DNA of 64,000 nt from an uncultured Actinomycetota bacterium. Its GTDB lineage: Bacteria > Actinomycetota > Actinomycetes > Propionibacteriales > Nocardioidaceae. Within the stretch, counting starts at the first letter, position 1. The number at the start of each line of letters is the position of its first letter. Shown in pieces: positions 48,344-62,384 of this stretch. The position numbers and the translations under genes are program-made. The notes beneath the pieces are model-generated. The model worked only from the letters and a program-made list of their open reading frames with translations, was not told where the DNA came from and made no database searches. The stretch is taken from NCBI GenBank assembly GCA_963844305.1, contig CAWJNT010000004.1, positions 2,956-66,955 of the forward strand, given 5' to 3'.

Positions 48344-49082
48344 TTGTACGCACACCGTTCGACGCACGGCCCCGTCGACCTGGCCTTCACGGACAGGTAC
48401 GGCGGGGTCAGCGTCGCGCCGTTCGACTCGCTGAACCTCGCCATCACCGGGGAGGACGACGAGGCCGCCCGTCGCGAGAACCTCCAGCTGCGTGCTCGAC
48501 GACTTCGCTCCCGGCGACGAGCTCGCCGACCTTCGGCAGGTTCATGGCGGAGAGATCGACGTCGTCGAGCGGCGGCGTACGTCGCAGCGGCCGGTTGCCG
48601 ACGGAGTGGTGACCGCGCGAGCGGGCGTGGTGCTTGCGGTACGCGCCGCCGACTGCGTGCCCGTGCTGCTCGCCGACCCCGACGCCGGCGTCATCGGCGC
48701 CGCGCACGCCGGTCGCCCCGGCCTGGTCGCCCAGGTCGTCCCGCACACCGTCGCCGCCATGGGCGCTCTCGGAGCCCGGAGGATCACGGCCTGGGTCGGG
48801 CCGCACGTGTGCGGCGCGTGCTACGAGGTGCCGGAAGACATGCAGGCCGAGGTGGTCGCCGTCGAGCCGGCCGCGGAGGCCACCACCTCGTGGGGCACAC
48901 CCTCGCTCGATCTCGGCGCCGGCATCCGTGCCCAGCTCGAGCAGGCGGGTGTCCTGGTCGTCGACGCGTCGCGTTGCACCCGTGAGTCGCCCGACCTGTA
49001 CTCCTATCGCCGCGACGGTCACGCGGCAGGACGGATCGCCGGGTTGATCCGCCAGGCTCCCTCCGGGGTGGTGATCCAGTGA
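48344..49082 (+). CDS. pgeF: Peptidoglycan editing factor PgeF (YfiH/laccase-domain); frameshift ~48490
   Basis: FTDRYGG..PFDSLNL, QVHG, ADCVPVL, AHAGRPG, GPHVCGACYEV, LYSYRR. Confidence 0.88.
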
Positions 49083-49780
49083 GCGAGCGACGCGACGAGA
49101 TCATGGCGGGGCTTTCGGCAGTCCGACGACGGATCGAGTCCGCGTGCCGCGAGGCGGGCCGCGACGTCGACGAGGTGACCCTGACGGTGGTCACCAAGTT
49201 CTTCCCGGTCTCCGACATCCGGCTCCTCGTCGACCTCGGCGTGACAAACCTCGGCGAGAACCGGCACCAGGAGGCCGAGGCGAAGGCCGCTGAATGCTCC
49301 GACCTCGATGTCCGCTGGCACTTCATCGGCGGGCTCCAGAGCAACAAGGCCGCTGCCGTGGCGCGGTACGCCGACGTGGTCGAGTCCGTCGACCGGCTCA
49401 AGCTGGTGCGGCGCCTCGACGACGGCGCGCACGAGCGTTCACACCCGGTCGACTGCCTGCTCCAGGTCAGCCTCGACCCACCTGACGCCGAGGGCCGGTC
49501 CGGTGCCGATCCCGGCGAACTTCCGAAGCTCGCCACGGCAGTCCAGGACGCCGGAATGCTGCGGCTCCGCGGCCTGATGGCGGTCGCGCCGTTCGGCGAG
49601 GACCCGGCGCCGGCCTTCGACAGGTTGGTCGCGATCCGTCGCGACTTCCTCGCCGAGCACCCCGACGCCACGGTGCTGTCAGCGGGGATGAGCGCCGACC
49701 TCGAGCACGCCGTACGAGCCGGCGCGACACACGTACGCATTGGGTCCGCGGTGCTCGGTTCGCGGCCACAGGTCAAGTAG
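49079..49780 (+). CDS. yggS: YggS-family PLP homeostasis protein
   Basis: [45 protein letters not shown]. Confidence 0.95.
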   Translation: MSERRDEIMAGLSAVRRRIESACREAGRDVDEVTLTVVTKFFPVSDIRLLVDLGVTNLGENRHQEAEAKAAECSDLDVRWHFIGGLQSNKAAAVARYADVVESVDRLKLVRRLDDGAHERSHPVDCLLQVSLDPPDAEGRSGADPGELPKLATAVQDAGMLRLRGLMAVAPFGEDPAPAFDRLVAIRRDFLAEHPDATVLSAGMSADLEHAVRAGATHVRIGSAVLGSRPQVK

Positions 49781-49839
49781 GGTCACAACAACGACAAGCA
49801 CCCCTCCTGGGGTGCGGGAGTACCGGAGGACAGCGAGTC

Positions 49840-50334
49840 ATGAGCGGCGCGATGCGCAGGATCGGCGAGTACCTCGGCCTGCTCGAGGACACCGGCCGGT
49901 ACGACGAGTACGACGGCGACTACGACACCACCGACAGCACGCCGGCGGTGGCTCCGGGCCGGCCCGCGAAGGTGAAGGAGTCCCGACCCGCCTCCGTGTC
50001 CGACCTCGCCGAACGTCGCCGGCCAACGGGTGGACCCGCGGGCGTGGTGGCCGAGCTGTCACGCATCACGACCCTGCATCCGCGCACCTACAACGAGGCG
50101 CGGACCGTCGGCGAGAACTTCCGTGAGGGCACCCCGGTGATCATGAACCTGTCCGAGATGGACGACAATGACGCCAAGCGCCTGGTCGACTTCGCGGCTG
50201 GGCTGGTGTTTGCCACGCGTGGCACCATCGAGCGCGTGACCAACAAGGTGTTCCTGCTATCGCCACCCAACGTCACCGTCGCTGCGGAAGACAAGCAGCG
50301 GATCGCCGAGGGTGGCTTCTTCAACCAGAGCTGA
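49840..50334 (+). CDS. sepF: Cell division protein SepF
   Basis: [37 protein letters not shown]. Confidence 0.95.
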   Translation: MSGAMRRIGEYLGLLEDTGRYDEYDGDYDTTDSTPAVAPGRPAKVKESRPASVSDLAERRRPTGGPAGVVAELSRITTLHPRTYNEARTVGENFREGTPVIMNLSEMDDNDAKRLVDFAAGLVFATRGTIERVTNKVFLLSPPNVTVAAEDKQRIAEGGFFNQS

Positions 50335-50340
50335 GTCGAG

Positions 50341-50634
50341 TTGCATCCTGTCGGTCAGGTCATCGAGGGCCTGCTCTGGTTCTTCATTGCGCTGCTCTGG
50401 ATCCGGTTCATCGTGGACTGGGTCCAGGTGTTCGCGCGGTCGTGGAGCCCGCGCGGCGTCCTCCTGGTGCTGTTGGAGGTCGTGTACTCCATCACCGATC
50501 CTCCGATCAAGGCGCTGCGCAAGGTGATTCCGCCGCTGCGGATCGGGAGCATCGCACTCGACCTGAGCTTCCTGATCGTTCTGGTGGCGGCGTACATCCT
50601 GTTGCGCGTCAACCAGATGGTGTTCACGGCGTGA
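50341..50634 (+). CDS. yggT: YggT/YlmG-family membrane protein
   Basis: ITDPPIKALRKVIPPLRIGSIALDLSF; dcw context. Confidence 0.9.
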   Translation: MHPVGQVIEGLLWFFIALLWIRFIVDWVQVFARSWSPRGVLLVLLEVVYSITDPPIKALRKVIPPLRIGSIALDLSFLIVLVAAYILLRVNQMVFTA

Positions 50635-50717
50635 CGGCGATGCCACGTCTCGGGGGCTCAGGCGCTATTGTTCCAACGAACGAACTTCTGTGTTGCCGAG
50701 AATGAATGGGTGAGGTC

Positions 50718-51494
50718 ATGCCGCTGACGCCTGAGGACGTGAGCAACAAGCGCTTTACTCCTGTCCGGCTCCGTGAGGGCTACGACATGGGCGAGGTGGA
50801 CCAGTTCCTCGACGAAGTGGAAGCCGAGCTCGCGCGGCTCACCAAGGAGAACGAAGACCTGCGTGCGAAGCTCTCGGCTGCCCAGGCAGGGCGGCGGCGC
50901 TCCGGCCCCGGTGAAGGCGCCCGAGCCGCCGAAGGAGGAGAAGGCCCCCGAGCCGACTCCCGCCCCGACGCCGGCTCCCACTCCTGACTCCCGCCCCCGC
51001 TGCTCCGGCGGTCGCGGCGGCCGTTGGGTCATCGGTCGAGACGATCCGCGTCGAGACGGTCCCCGAGGCCTCCAACGCGGCTGCGCGACTGCTCGAGATC
51101 GCCACCCGCAACGCGGATGAGCTGGTCGAGGAAGCCAAGAACGAGGCCGACCGCATCGTCGGTGAGGCACGCACCAAGGCTGAGCGGCTCGAGTCCGAGT
51201 CCAAGGGCAAGGCGGACCGGCTCGAGGCCGACGCCCGCTCCCGCGCCCAGATGCTCGACTCCGAGACCGCCGACCGGCGCCAGCAGATGTTCGGTGACCT
51301 CGAGAAGGAGCGCGACAAGCTCAACGCCGAGGTCGAGAACCTCAGGTCGTTCGAGCGGGAGTACCGCTCCCGGCTCAAGAGCTACTTCACGCCAGCAGCT
51401 CGAGGCGCTCGAGGGCCCGTCCGAGTCCGGCGGTGGGCAGGAGCCTGCGGCGCCCAAGCGACTCCGCTCGATCCTCGGCGACGACGAGGGCTGA
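50718..51494 (+). CDS. divIVA: DivIVA/Wag31, about three frameshifts (~50890, ~50995, ~51400)
   Basis: MPLTPEDVSNKRF..EGYDMGEVDQFLDEV; ASNAAARLLEIA..ADEL; LRSFEREYRSRLKSY. Confidence 0.9.
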
Positions 51495-51516
51495 CGGCCT
51501 CTCTTCGGCAGCATCC

Positions 51517-51551
51517 GGCGCGGCTGGTCTCCCTCGGAGATCAGCCGCGCC
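51517..51551 (+). terminator. Hairpin after divIVA
   Basis: ggcgcggctggtctcc-ctc-ggagatcagccgcgcc (16-bp stem with one G-U pair). Confidence 0.6.
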
Positions 51552-51659
51552 GCCCATTTCGGGCGTGCCGAGTTTGAAGCGGTCCCCGGCACGGGCTACC
51601 CTCCCGTCGACACTGTGGCCCCCGCCACAACGCTCCAGGTCTGAGGGAGGCCCCAGTTC

Positions 51660-52709
51660 ATGGCTCGCAGCACCAGGAAGTCGCTCACCAGCAGCGCCGC
51701 CTCCGCGGCGCGCAAGGTGATCCCGCGGAAGACCGCGAAGAAGGCCACGAGCACCGCGAAATCGGCTGCCCCGAAGACCGCCAAGAAGGCCGCGCCAGCG
51801 AAGAAGGCCGCGGCGAAGAAGACCGCGCCGGCCAAGAAGGCCGCGCCGGCCAAGAAGTCCGCGCCGCGAAGAAGGCCGCGGCGAAGAAGACGCGCCGGCG
51901 AAGAAGACGGCGGCGAAGAAGACCGCGCCGGCCAAGAAGGCCGCGGCGAAGAAGACCGCGCCGGCCAAGAAGGCGCGCCCGCGAAGAAGGCCGCGGCGAA
52001 GAAGACCGCGCCCGCGAAGAAGGCCGCGGCGAAGAAGACCGCGCCGGCCAAGAAGGCGCGCCGGCCAAGAAGGCGCCGGCGAAGAAGGCCGCGGCCAAGA
52101 AGGCGCGCCGGCCAAGAAGACGGCGGCGAAGAAGACGCGCCGGCCAAGAAGACGGCGGCCAAGAAGACCGCGCCGCCAAGAAGGCGCCCGCCAAGAAGGC
52201 GGCTGCCAAGAAGACTGTCGCGAAGAAGACCGACACCACCCAGACCGCCACTGCCCCGGTAAAGAAGGCGCCCGGCGAAAAAGGCCCCCGCGACCAAGGC
52301 CCCCGCCAAGAAGGTCGGGGCCTTGAAGGTCAAGGAGGGCGAGGGCGCCTGGACCAAGGCCGAGATCAAGGGCGTGCTGGACGAGCTCCACGAGTTGCGG
52401 GAGAAGGTCGTCCTCACCCTCGCGGAGCAGGAGGAGGAACTCGCGGGCCTGATGCGTGACGCCGGTGACGGTGCTGGTCACGACCAGGCGGACATGGGGG
52501 CGACCAGCTTCGAACGCGATCACGAGCTCACCGTCGTGAACAACGAACGGGAGAAGCTCGCCCAGATCGACCGCGCGCTCGCGAGGATCGCTGACGGCAC
52601 CTACGGGATCTGCGAGTCCTGCGGCAACCCCATCGGCAAGATGCGAGTGATGGCGTTTCCCCGTGCCACACTGTGCATGACATGCAAGCAGCGCGAGGAA
52701 CGTCGCTGA
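51660..52709 (+). CDS. TraR/DksA C4 zinc-finger protein with a long Lys/Ala/Pro-rich N-terminal extension (indels in the repeat)
   Basis: MARSTRK..AKKAAPAKK.. continues via other frames to KKVGALKVKEGE; GHDQADMG coiled-coil tip; CESC..CMTC zinc finger. Confidence 0.8.
51735..52312 (+). repeat. Degenerate coding repeat, about 30 GC(C/G)AAGAAG (Ala-Lys-Lys) units
   Basis: Recurrent gccaagaaggccgcggcgaagaagaccgcgccg unit. Confidence 0.85.
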
Positions 52710-53248
52710 GCGACGCAGTTCCACCCCACCCGATCCCCGCCTCCGGCAGCCGACTGCGGATGCGGCTCGCCTTCGTTGCTGTCGCTGCTGCGGGCCTTGC
52801 GCTGGACCAAGCCAGCAAGACCCTTGCGATGCGCAACCTGGATGACGGTGACATCGAGGTACTTGGATCGTGGCTGGTCCTGCACCTCACTCGAAACCCC
52901 GGTGCCGCGTTCAGCACGGGTACGCAGTACACCCTGCTCTTCAGCCTGCTCGCGATCGCGGCGGTCGTCGTCGTGCTCTACCTCAGCCGCCGAGTCGGCA
53001 GCCTGTTGTGGGCGATCGCGCTGGGCCTGCTGTTCGCGGGAGTCTCGGGCAACCTCGTCGACCGCGTGTTCCGCGATCCAGCACCTCTCCGAGGCCATGT
53101 CGTCGACTTCCTGATGGTGCCGCACTGGCCGGTGTTCAATGTGGCCGACATCTGCATCAACGTGGCCGCCGGGCTGATCCTCGTGCAGGCATTCCGCGGC
53201 ATCCGGATCGACGGCACGCGCGACGGCGCCCGGGAGCACGAAGAGTGA
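52682..53248 (+). CDS. lspA: Lipoprotein signal peptidase II
   Basis: DQASK, NPGAAFS, GNLVDR, HVVDF, FNVAD; start (MQAARG) overlaps the upstream stop. Confidence 0.93.
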   Translation: MQAARGTSLSDAVPPHPIPASGSRLRMRLAFVAVAAAGLALDQASKTLAMRNLDDGDIEVLGSWLVLHLTRNPGAAFSTGTQYTLLFSLLAIAAVVVVLYLSRRVGSLLWAIALGLLFAGVSGNLVDRVFRDPAPLRGHVVDFLMVPHWPVFNVADICINVAAGLILVQAFRGIRIDGTRDGAREHEE

Positions 53249-54183
53249 CGCAGGCCGTCGACCACCGGACCCTTTCGGTGCCCGAAGGGCTGGCAGGTGA
53301 GCGTGTCGACGCCGCCCTGGCCCGCATGTTCGGTCTCTCGCGCACGAGGGCAGCTGAGCTGATCGTCCAGGGACATGTCCTCGTCGATGGTGCAGGCGTC
53401 GGCAAGAGCGACCGGGTCATGCCGGGTGCGATCATCGACGTCTCCATTCCCTCCATGATCGATCCCCTTACCGTCGTGCCGGAGATCGTCGAGGGGATCA
53501 AGATCATCCACGACGACGAGTCCATCGTCGTGATCGACAAGCCGGTGGGGGTTGCGGTTCATCCGTCTCCAGGATGGTCAGGTCCGACCGTGGTCGGGCA
53601 CCTGGCCGGCGCCGGCTTCCGCATCGCCACTGGTGGCGCGTCGGAGCGGCAGGGGATCGTCCAGCGGCTCGACGTCGGCACCTCAGGTGTGATGGTGATC
53701 TGCAAGTCGGAGACCGCGTACTCCAGATTGAAGAACGCCTTCCGACGCCGCGACGTCGACAAGACCTATCACGCGCTCGTGCAAGGTCACCCGGATCCGC
53801 TCGAGGGGACAATCGATGCGCCCATCGGCCGGCATCCCAAGGCCGACTACCGGTTCGCCGTCATGGCGGACGGTCGGCACAGCGTCACCCACTACACGAC
53901 GCTCGAAGCGCACCGCTTCGCCAGCCTGCTCGAGATTCACCTCGAGACCGGGCGCACGCACCAGATCCGCGTACACATGGCCGCGCTGAAGCATCCCTGC
54001 CTCGGCGATCTGACGTACGGCGCCGACCCTGTGCTCTCCCGCAGGGTGGGTCTCGGTCGGCAGTGGCTGCATGCGGTGCGGCTGGGCTTCGAGCACCCGG
54101 ACGGCGGCGACTACGTCGAGTACGCGTCGACGTACCCGGAGGACCTGGCGCAAGCGCTCGAGGTCATCCGCGAGGCCGACTGA
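53245..54183 (+). CDS. rluD: RluA/RluD-family pseudouridine synthase
   Basis: S4 domain (ERVDAALA), [41 protein letters not shown]. Confidence 0.9.
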   Translation: MTQAVDHRTLSVPEGLAGERVDAALARMFGLSRTRAAELIVQGHVLVDGAGVGKSDRVMPGAIIDVSIPSMIDPLTVVPEIVEGIKIIHDDESIVVIDKPVGVAVHPSPGWSGPTVVGHLAGAGFRIATGGASERQGIVQRLDVGTSGVMVICKSETAYSRLKNAFRRRDVDKTYHALVQGHPDPLEGTIDAPIGRHPKADYRFAVMADGRHSVTHYTTLEAHRFASLLEIHLETGRTHQIRVHMAALKHPCLGDLTYGADPVLSRRVGLGRQWLHAVRLGFEHPDGGDYVEYASTYPEDLAQALEVIREAD

Positions 54184-54873
54184 TGGACGAGTGGCGGCTG
54201 CGTCCCGCGGGCCGCACCGATCTGCCGGAGCTCGCCGACATCTACCTGCGTGCCCGCGAAGCAGCCCTGCCGGCGATGCCGCCGGGGGTGCACCCTGCCG
54301 ACGAGGTGCGGACCTGGGTCTCCGGCTGGGACCTCGACGCCTGGGTGGTCTGGCTCGCCGAACTGCCGGACGGTCGGCCCGTCGGGTACGCCGTGGTCGG
54401 CGGGGGACTGGCTCCACTCCCTGTACGTCGACCCGGACGCCGCCGGCGGTGGCATCGGGACGGCGCTCCTGGACGTGGTCAAGCAGCAGCGTCCTGAGGG
54501 CTTCTGCCTCTGGGTCTTCGAGAGCAACGCGCCGGCCCGCGCGTTCTACGCGAACCGCGGGCTGATCGAGCTGGAGCGCACTGACGGGTCGGCCAACGAG
54601 GAGAAGGCCCCCGATGTCCGCATGGCGTGGCTGGGCTCCGATCCGGCCATGTTCCTGCGCGGTCTGCTGAACGACGTCGATGAGCAGGCCAAGGACCTGG
54701 CGGACCGCCGAGAGGCACTTGTTCGTGCCCTGGAGGACGCTCGGGGCGCGCTGAGGGACGGCGTCCGACCCCGCGTGGCGAGCGGTGGATCTGCTCAGGC
54801 CACGCGGGACCAGACACCGGGACGCGTCTGCCGCCACACGGGTTCGACCAGCGGCGGTGCATTCGACAGGTAG
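54183..54873 (+). CDS. GNAT acetyltransferase with a short helical C-terminal extension; frameshift in the G-run ~54405; 3' end uncertain
   Basis: LHSLYVDPDAAGGGIGTALL (motif A), LWVFESNAPARAFY, DGSANEEKAPD. Confidence 0.75.
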
Positions 54874-56125
54874 CCGTGACCGGTCGGCGTCACCGTCTCC
54901 ACGAGGTGGCCGGGGCCGGGCCGGGGACGCGCCTGCCAGCCGACGGCCTGCTTGTGGTGGTTGCAGGCCTCGCACAGACCCTGACCGTTGACCTGGGAAG
55001 TCGGTCCGCCCTCGGCGTACGCCTCGGTGTGGTCGACGTGGCGGATGGGGGCGCCGCACCAGGGCGTTCGGCACGTCTGGTCACGTTGCCGGATCAGGCG
55101 CGCGAGGCCTTTCGGGAACCGGTAGGTCTTCGAGTCCATGGCCACGAGCTCGCCCGTCGTCGGGGAGGCGTAGAGGCGACGCAGCCAGCTGCGGCCACGG
55201 TTGTCAGCACCGACCATCGCGCGAGCGATGCGCGCCGGCACCGGCCCGAAACCATCGAGGTGTGCCGGCTCGTCGTCGGCGGCCAGGAGCGCGGCATCCG
55301 TCATGAGCAGGCCGATCCGGACGGGGACCGACCCGGCCACCGCCTGGCCGGTCAACCGCTCGACCAGGGTGTCCGCCATGACCTGCCCCTTGCCCCGCGC
55401 ATCGCCCCCTGCCCTGGCGCTGTCGGCGGCCCGGGTCAGCGCGGCGTACGCCGCCACGCCCTGCGCCACCGGGAGCAGGGCGGTGAGGTAGCACATCGTG
55501 TCGGGAGCGGGACGGATCGTGACCCGACGTTCGCGCTCGGCGAGGCGGGCGCGGTCGACGACGGACTGGGGTTCGAGCTTGTAGGCCAGCCGCCGCACCT
55601 CCGCCACCAGACGCTTGTCGCCGAGGCCCTGAAGGCGATCGGTGTCGGAGCAGATCTCCTCGTCGATGCGCGTCCGGTGTGCGCGCTCGAGGCAAGCGGT
55701 CTCGCGCGCGATCAGGGTTGCTCGCCACTCGGAGAGCGCGCCCGTCTCCATGGCGCGCAGGGTGTGCGGCAGCTCGCGGCTCAGCGCCTTGGCCAGTCCC
55801 AGGTGGCGGCCACCTCGATGCGGGGACTCGCGTCGCGCCAGGGCGACCTGGGCGTCCACGCCGTCGCCACGCCTCGCCGCGGGCACGCCCGCGGACTCCT
55901 GCTCCGCCCGCTGGACTGGCGTCGAGATCGACCGCCACCCTGCGCCTGACCGGCCGCAGCGGCGTTCTTGAGCTCCTCGAGTGCGCGGAGCTGGTCGATC
56001 CGTTCCGGGTCGGACACGTCGCGGTCGAGCCATCGCAGCGCACGCACCATCGCCAGCAGGTCGGCCGCACGCAGCGGGGAACCGGCCGGCGGGGCAGCAG
56101 CGGTGGCATCGGACACGTCGAACAC
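54795..56125 (-). CDS. DUF222 (13E12-repeat-like) protein with C-terminal HNH nuclease; indel(s) near 55920-55945
   Basis: ERIDQLRALEELK, ARRESPHRG, RPAPDTM..LTALLP, RDQTCRTPWC..IRHVDH...GGPT...NGQGLCEACNHHK. Confidence 0.85.
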
Positions 56126-56138
56126 CCGTTCGACGCTA
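56118..56138 (-). promoter_or_regulatory. LexA box overlapping the leaderless start of the DUF222-HNH gene
   Basis: TCGAAC-ACCC-GTTCGA 56118-56133; minus-strand TAGCGT (56138-56133) lies 7 nt before GTG 56125. Confidence 0.8.
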
Positions 56139-56394
56139 CCGGCGACTCCGGACCGGGCCGCGAGTACGACCGCGAAGGGTCTGTGGACGACGCGGACCGA
56201 CCCGTCGCCTGTGGACGAAACGTGGGCTCCGGGAGGCCGTCTCGCGCCAGTCCTCGGACTGTCGGTGCGCCCTGCCACCATGGCGTCTGTCGGTCGCGTA
56301 GTCTGGCGTTCTTCCCCAGGATCGCCGCCATGCCACCGGCTGTGGTCACTGCTGCATGCCCGCATGAAACGAGATCGAGGAGCGCCCCGCGACG

Positions 56395-59948
<3,554 letters not shown>

Positions 59949-59952
<4 letters not shown>

Positions 59953-60476
59953 CCGAGGAGGACCAGCAGACCTCGCGGCGGACGTTCCGGGTGACTTCCG
60001 CGGCGGGGCAGGCAGTCCTCATCGTGGTCGTGTTCGCCGTGGTCGGCGCGATCGCCGGCGTGGTCTGGGAGTGGCTGTGGACGCCGCCAGTGGCGGTGGT
60101 CGCCCAGCATGCCGTGCAGCCGACCCTCGAGACCGTTCGTGGGGAGTTCTCCGGCACAGCCTGGTACGTCGTCGTGGCATCCGTCGCGGGCCTGCTCACC
60201 TCGTGCGTGCTCGCGCTCGCGTTCGACCGGCGCGAGATCGTGACTCTGGCGGCCGTGGCCGCCGGCTCGGTGCTGGCGGCGTGGCTCATGCTCCGCGTCG
60301 GGACCGCCCTCGGGCCCGCCGACCCGAAGACTGTCGCGGCGGGGGCCGCGAACGGCACCAAGGTTCCGATGGAGCTCGACGTGCGCGGGTTCAGCCCCTA
60401 CCTCGCATTCCCTGGCGGGGCGCTGATCGGCCTCGTGGTGGTCTTCTTCGGGGTCGGCCGACTGCACCGGAATTGA
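59949..60476 (+). CDS. Hypothetical 4-TM membrane protein, translationally coupled to dnaE
   Basis: GTG overlaps the dnaE stop; GAIAGVVWEWLWTPP; four hydrophobic segments. Confidence 0.7.
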
Positions 60477-60586
60477 CGGTCTGGGTAACCCCCACGGGGT
60501 AGGCTCTGCGCGCGCGGAACGCACGGGCCTCGCCGTACGTCAGATCGGCTCAGCGGCATCCGAGCCACAACCAGGGGGTACAGATC

Positions 60587-62359
60587 GTGAGCAGCACCAA
60601 CCCGCCCGCCGGACCGGGCGGGCCCGAGTATCTCGAGCAGGGGAGCGGTTCCCCGGTCGGGCCGTCCAAGCTGTCCGACGCCGGTCGTCGTTCGGCCATC
60701 GTCGCGGGTGGCATCGTCGCCGGACTGGCGCTCGTCGGTGTCGCGGCGTACGGCGCCTGGTCCTGGTTCGCCCAGGGGGCCCAGCCGGCCGAGGCACTGC
60801 CCGACTCCACCCTGGCCTACGCCAGCGTCGACCTCGACCCCAGCGGTGAGCAGAAGATCGAGGCCATCAAGATCCTGAAGAAGTTCCCCGCGTTCAACGA
60901 CGAGATCAACCTCGACACCGACGACGACATCCGCAAGAAGATGTTCGACGAGTTCAACCTCGGCGAGCAGTGCGAGGGCGGGCTCAACTACGCCGACGAC
61001 ATCGAGCCGTGGCTCGGTGATCGCGCAGCGATCGCAGCGGTGGACGCCGGTGGCGAGCAGCCCGACGTGGCCTTCGTGGTCCAGGTCAAGGACGCCGACG
61101 CGGCCGAGGACGGACTGTCGAAGATCGCGCAGTGCGACGGCGAGAGCGGCGAGAACGCCGGCTGGTCGATCGACGGCGAGTGGGCCGTGCTCGCCGAGAC
61201 GGACAAGATCGCCGCGGACATCGCCGAGGACGCCGCCGAGTCGCCGCTCAGCGACGACGAGGACTACCAGAAGTGGACCGACGAGGTCGGTGACCCCGGC
61301 GTGGTGAACCTGTACGCCGCTCCCGAGGCCGGCAAGTTCCTGGCCGACGCCATGGACTCCGCCTTCGGCATGGGGATGATGGCCGAGGACTTCGCATCGT
61401 CGTCCGGTGCGGCGATGGAAGAGGACCCGTTCGCGTCGAGCACCACCGAGTTCGAGTTCAGCGACGAGACCGACACTGACTTCGACGACGAGTTCGGCGA
61501 GAGCCCCGACGACCTCGGCGACCTCGACGACCTGCCGGACGAGCTCAGTGGGCCCGGGGCGCCCGAGGAGCTGCGCAAGCTGTTCGAGGACTTCGAGGGC
61601 GCGGCGATGACGCTCCGGTTCGACGACGGCGCGGTCGAGATGGAGCTCGCCGGCGACGCCGCGATCACCGAGCAGGGCGTCTCGATGAGCGACCAGGGCG
61701 ACGACGTGCTCGCCACCCTGCCGGAAGACACGGCCTTCGCGATGGGTGTCGGACTGTCGGAGGGCTGGTTCGGTGAGTACCTCGACCAGATCGAGCGCTT
61801 CATGGGCACCGAGGGCGACGTCGACGAGTTCCTCGAGCTGGCCGAGTCCGAGACCGGACTGTCCTTCCCCGAGGACATCGAGACCCTGCTCGGCGAGTCG
61901 ACGGCGATCTCGATCGGGCCCGACATCGACCCGGAGGAGTTCGTGAACAGCGACACCCCGGAGGGGCTCCCGATCGGGGTGAAGATCAAGGGCGACCCGG
62001 AGGCCATCGAGGACGTCCTCGACAAGATCCGGGCCCAGATGGGCGACCAGAGCGACATCCTGGTCACCGAGAGCGAGGGTGACGAGATCGCGATCGGCGC
62101 GGACGAGGGGTACGTCTCCGACATCCTCGAGGACGGCAACCTGGGCGACTCCGAGGTCTTCCAGAACGTCGTGCGGGAAGCCGAGAAGGCGACGTCGGTC
62201 GTGTTCGTCAACTTCGACGCGGGCGACGGCTGGCTGGTCGAGCTGGCCGGCGAGGACAAGGAAGCCGCGGACAACCTCGAGCCGCTGCAGGGCATCGGCA
62301 TGAGCGCCTGGATCGAGGACGACGCCTCGCACGTCGTGGTCCGGATGTCCACCAACTAG
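60587..62359 (+). CDS. DUF3352-like single-TM protein with a large acidic extracytoplasmic domain
   Basis: GPEYLE, TM, QPAEALPDSTLAYASVDLDPSGEQK, IEPWLGDRAAIA, VVFVNFD. Confidence 0.7.
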   Translation: MSSTNPPAGPGGPEYLEQGSGSPVGPSKLSDAGRRSAIVAGGIVAGLALVGVAAYGAWSWFAQGAQPAEALPDSTLAYASVDLDPSGEQKIEAIKILKKFPAFNDEINLDTDDDIRKKMFDEFNLGEQCEGGLNYADDIEPWLGDRAAIAAVDAGGEQPDVAFVVQVKDADAAEDGLSKIAQCDGESGENAGWSIDGEWAVLAETDKIAADIAEDAAESPLSDDEDYQKWTDEVGDPGVVNLYAAPEAGKFLADAMDSAFGMGMMAEDFASSSGAAMEEDPFASSTTEFEFSDETDTDFDDEFGESPDDLGDLDDLPDELSGPGAPEELRKLFEDFEGAAMTLRFDDGAVEMELAGDAAITEQGVSMSDQGDDVLATLPEDTAFAMGVGLSEGWFGEYLDQIERFMGTEGDVDEFLELAESETGLSFPEDIETLLGESTAISIGPDIDPEEFVNSDTPEGLPIGVKIKGDPEAIEDVLDKIRAQMGDQSDILVTESEGDEIAIGADEGYVSDILEDGNLGDSEVFQNVVREAEKATSVVFVNFDAGDGWLVELAGEDKEAADNLEPLQGIGMSAWIEDDASHVVVRMSTN

Positions 62360-62384
62360 GCATCCGCGACAGCAGCGCAGTGAG

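Noticed and set aside
51735-52312. Regular repeat array as a possible CRISPR
   Set aside because: Units are degenerate codon repeats (Ala-Lys-Lys) with no unique spacers and no cas genes.
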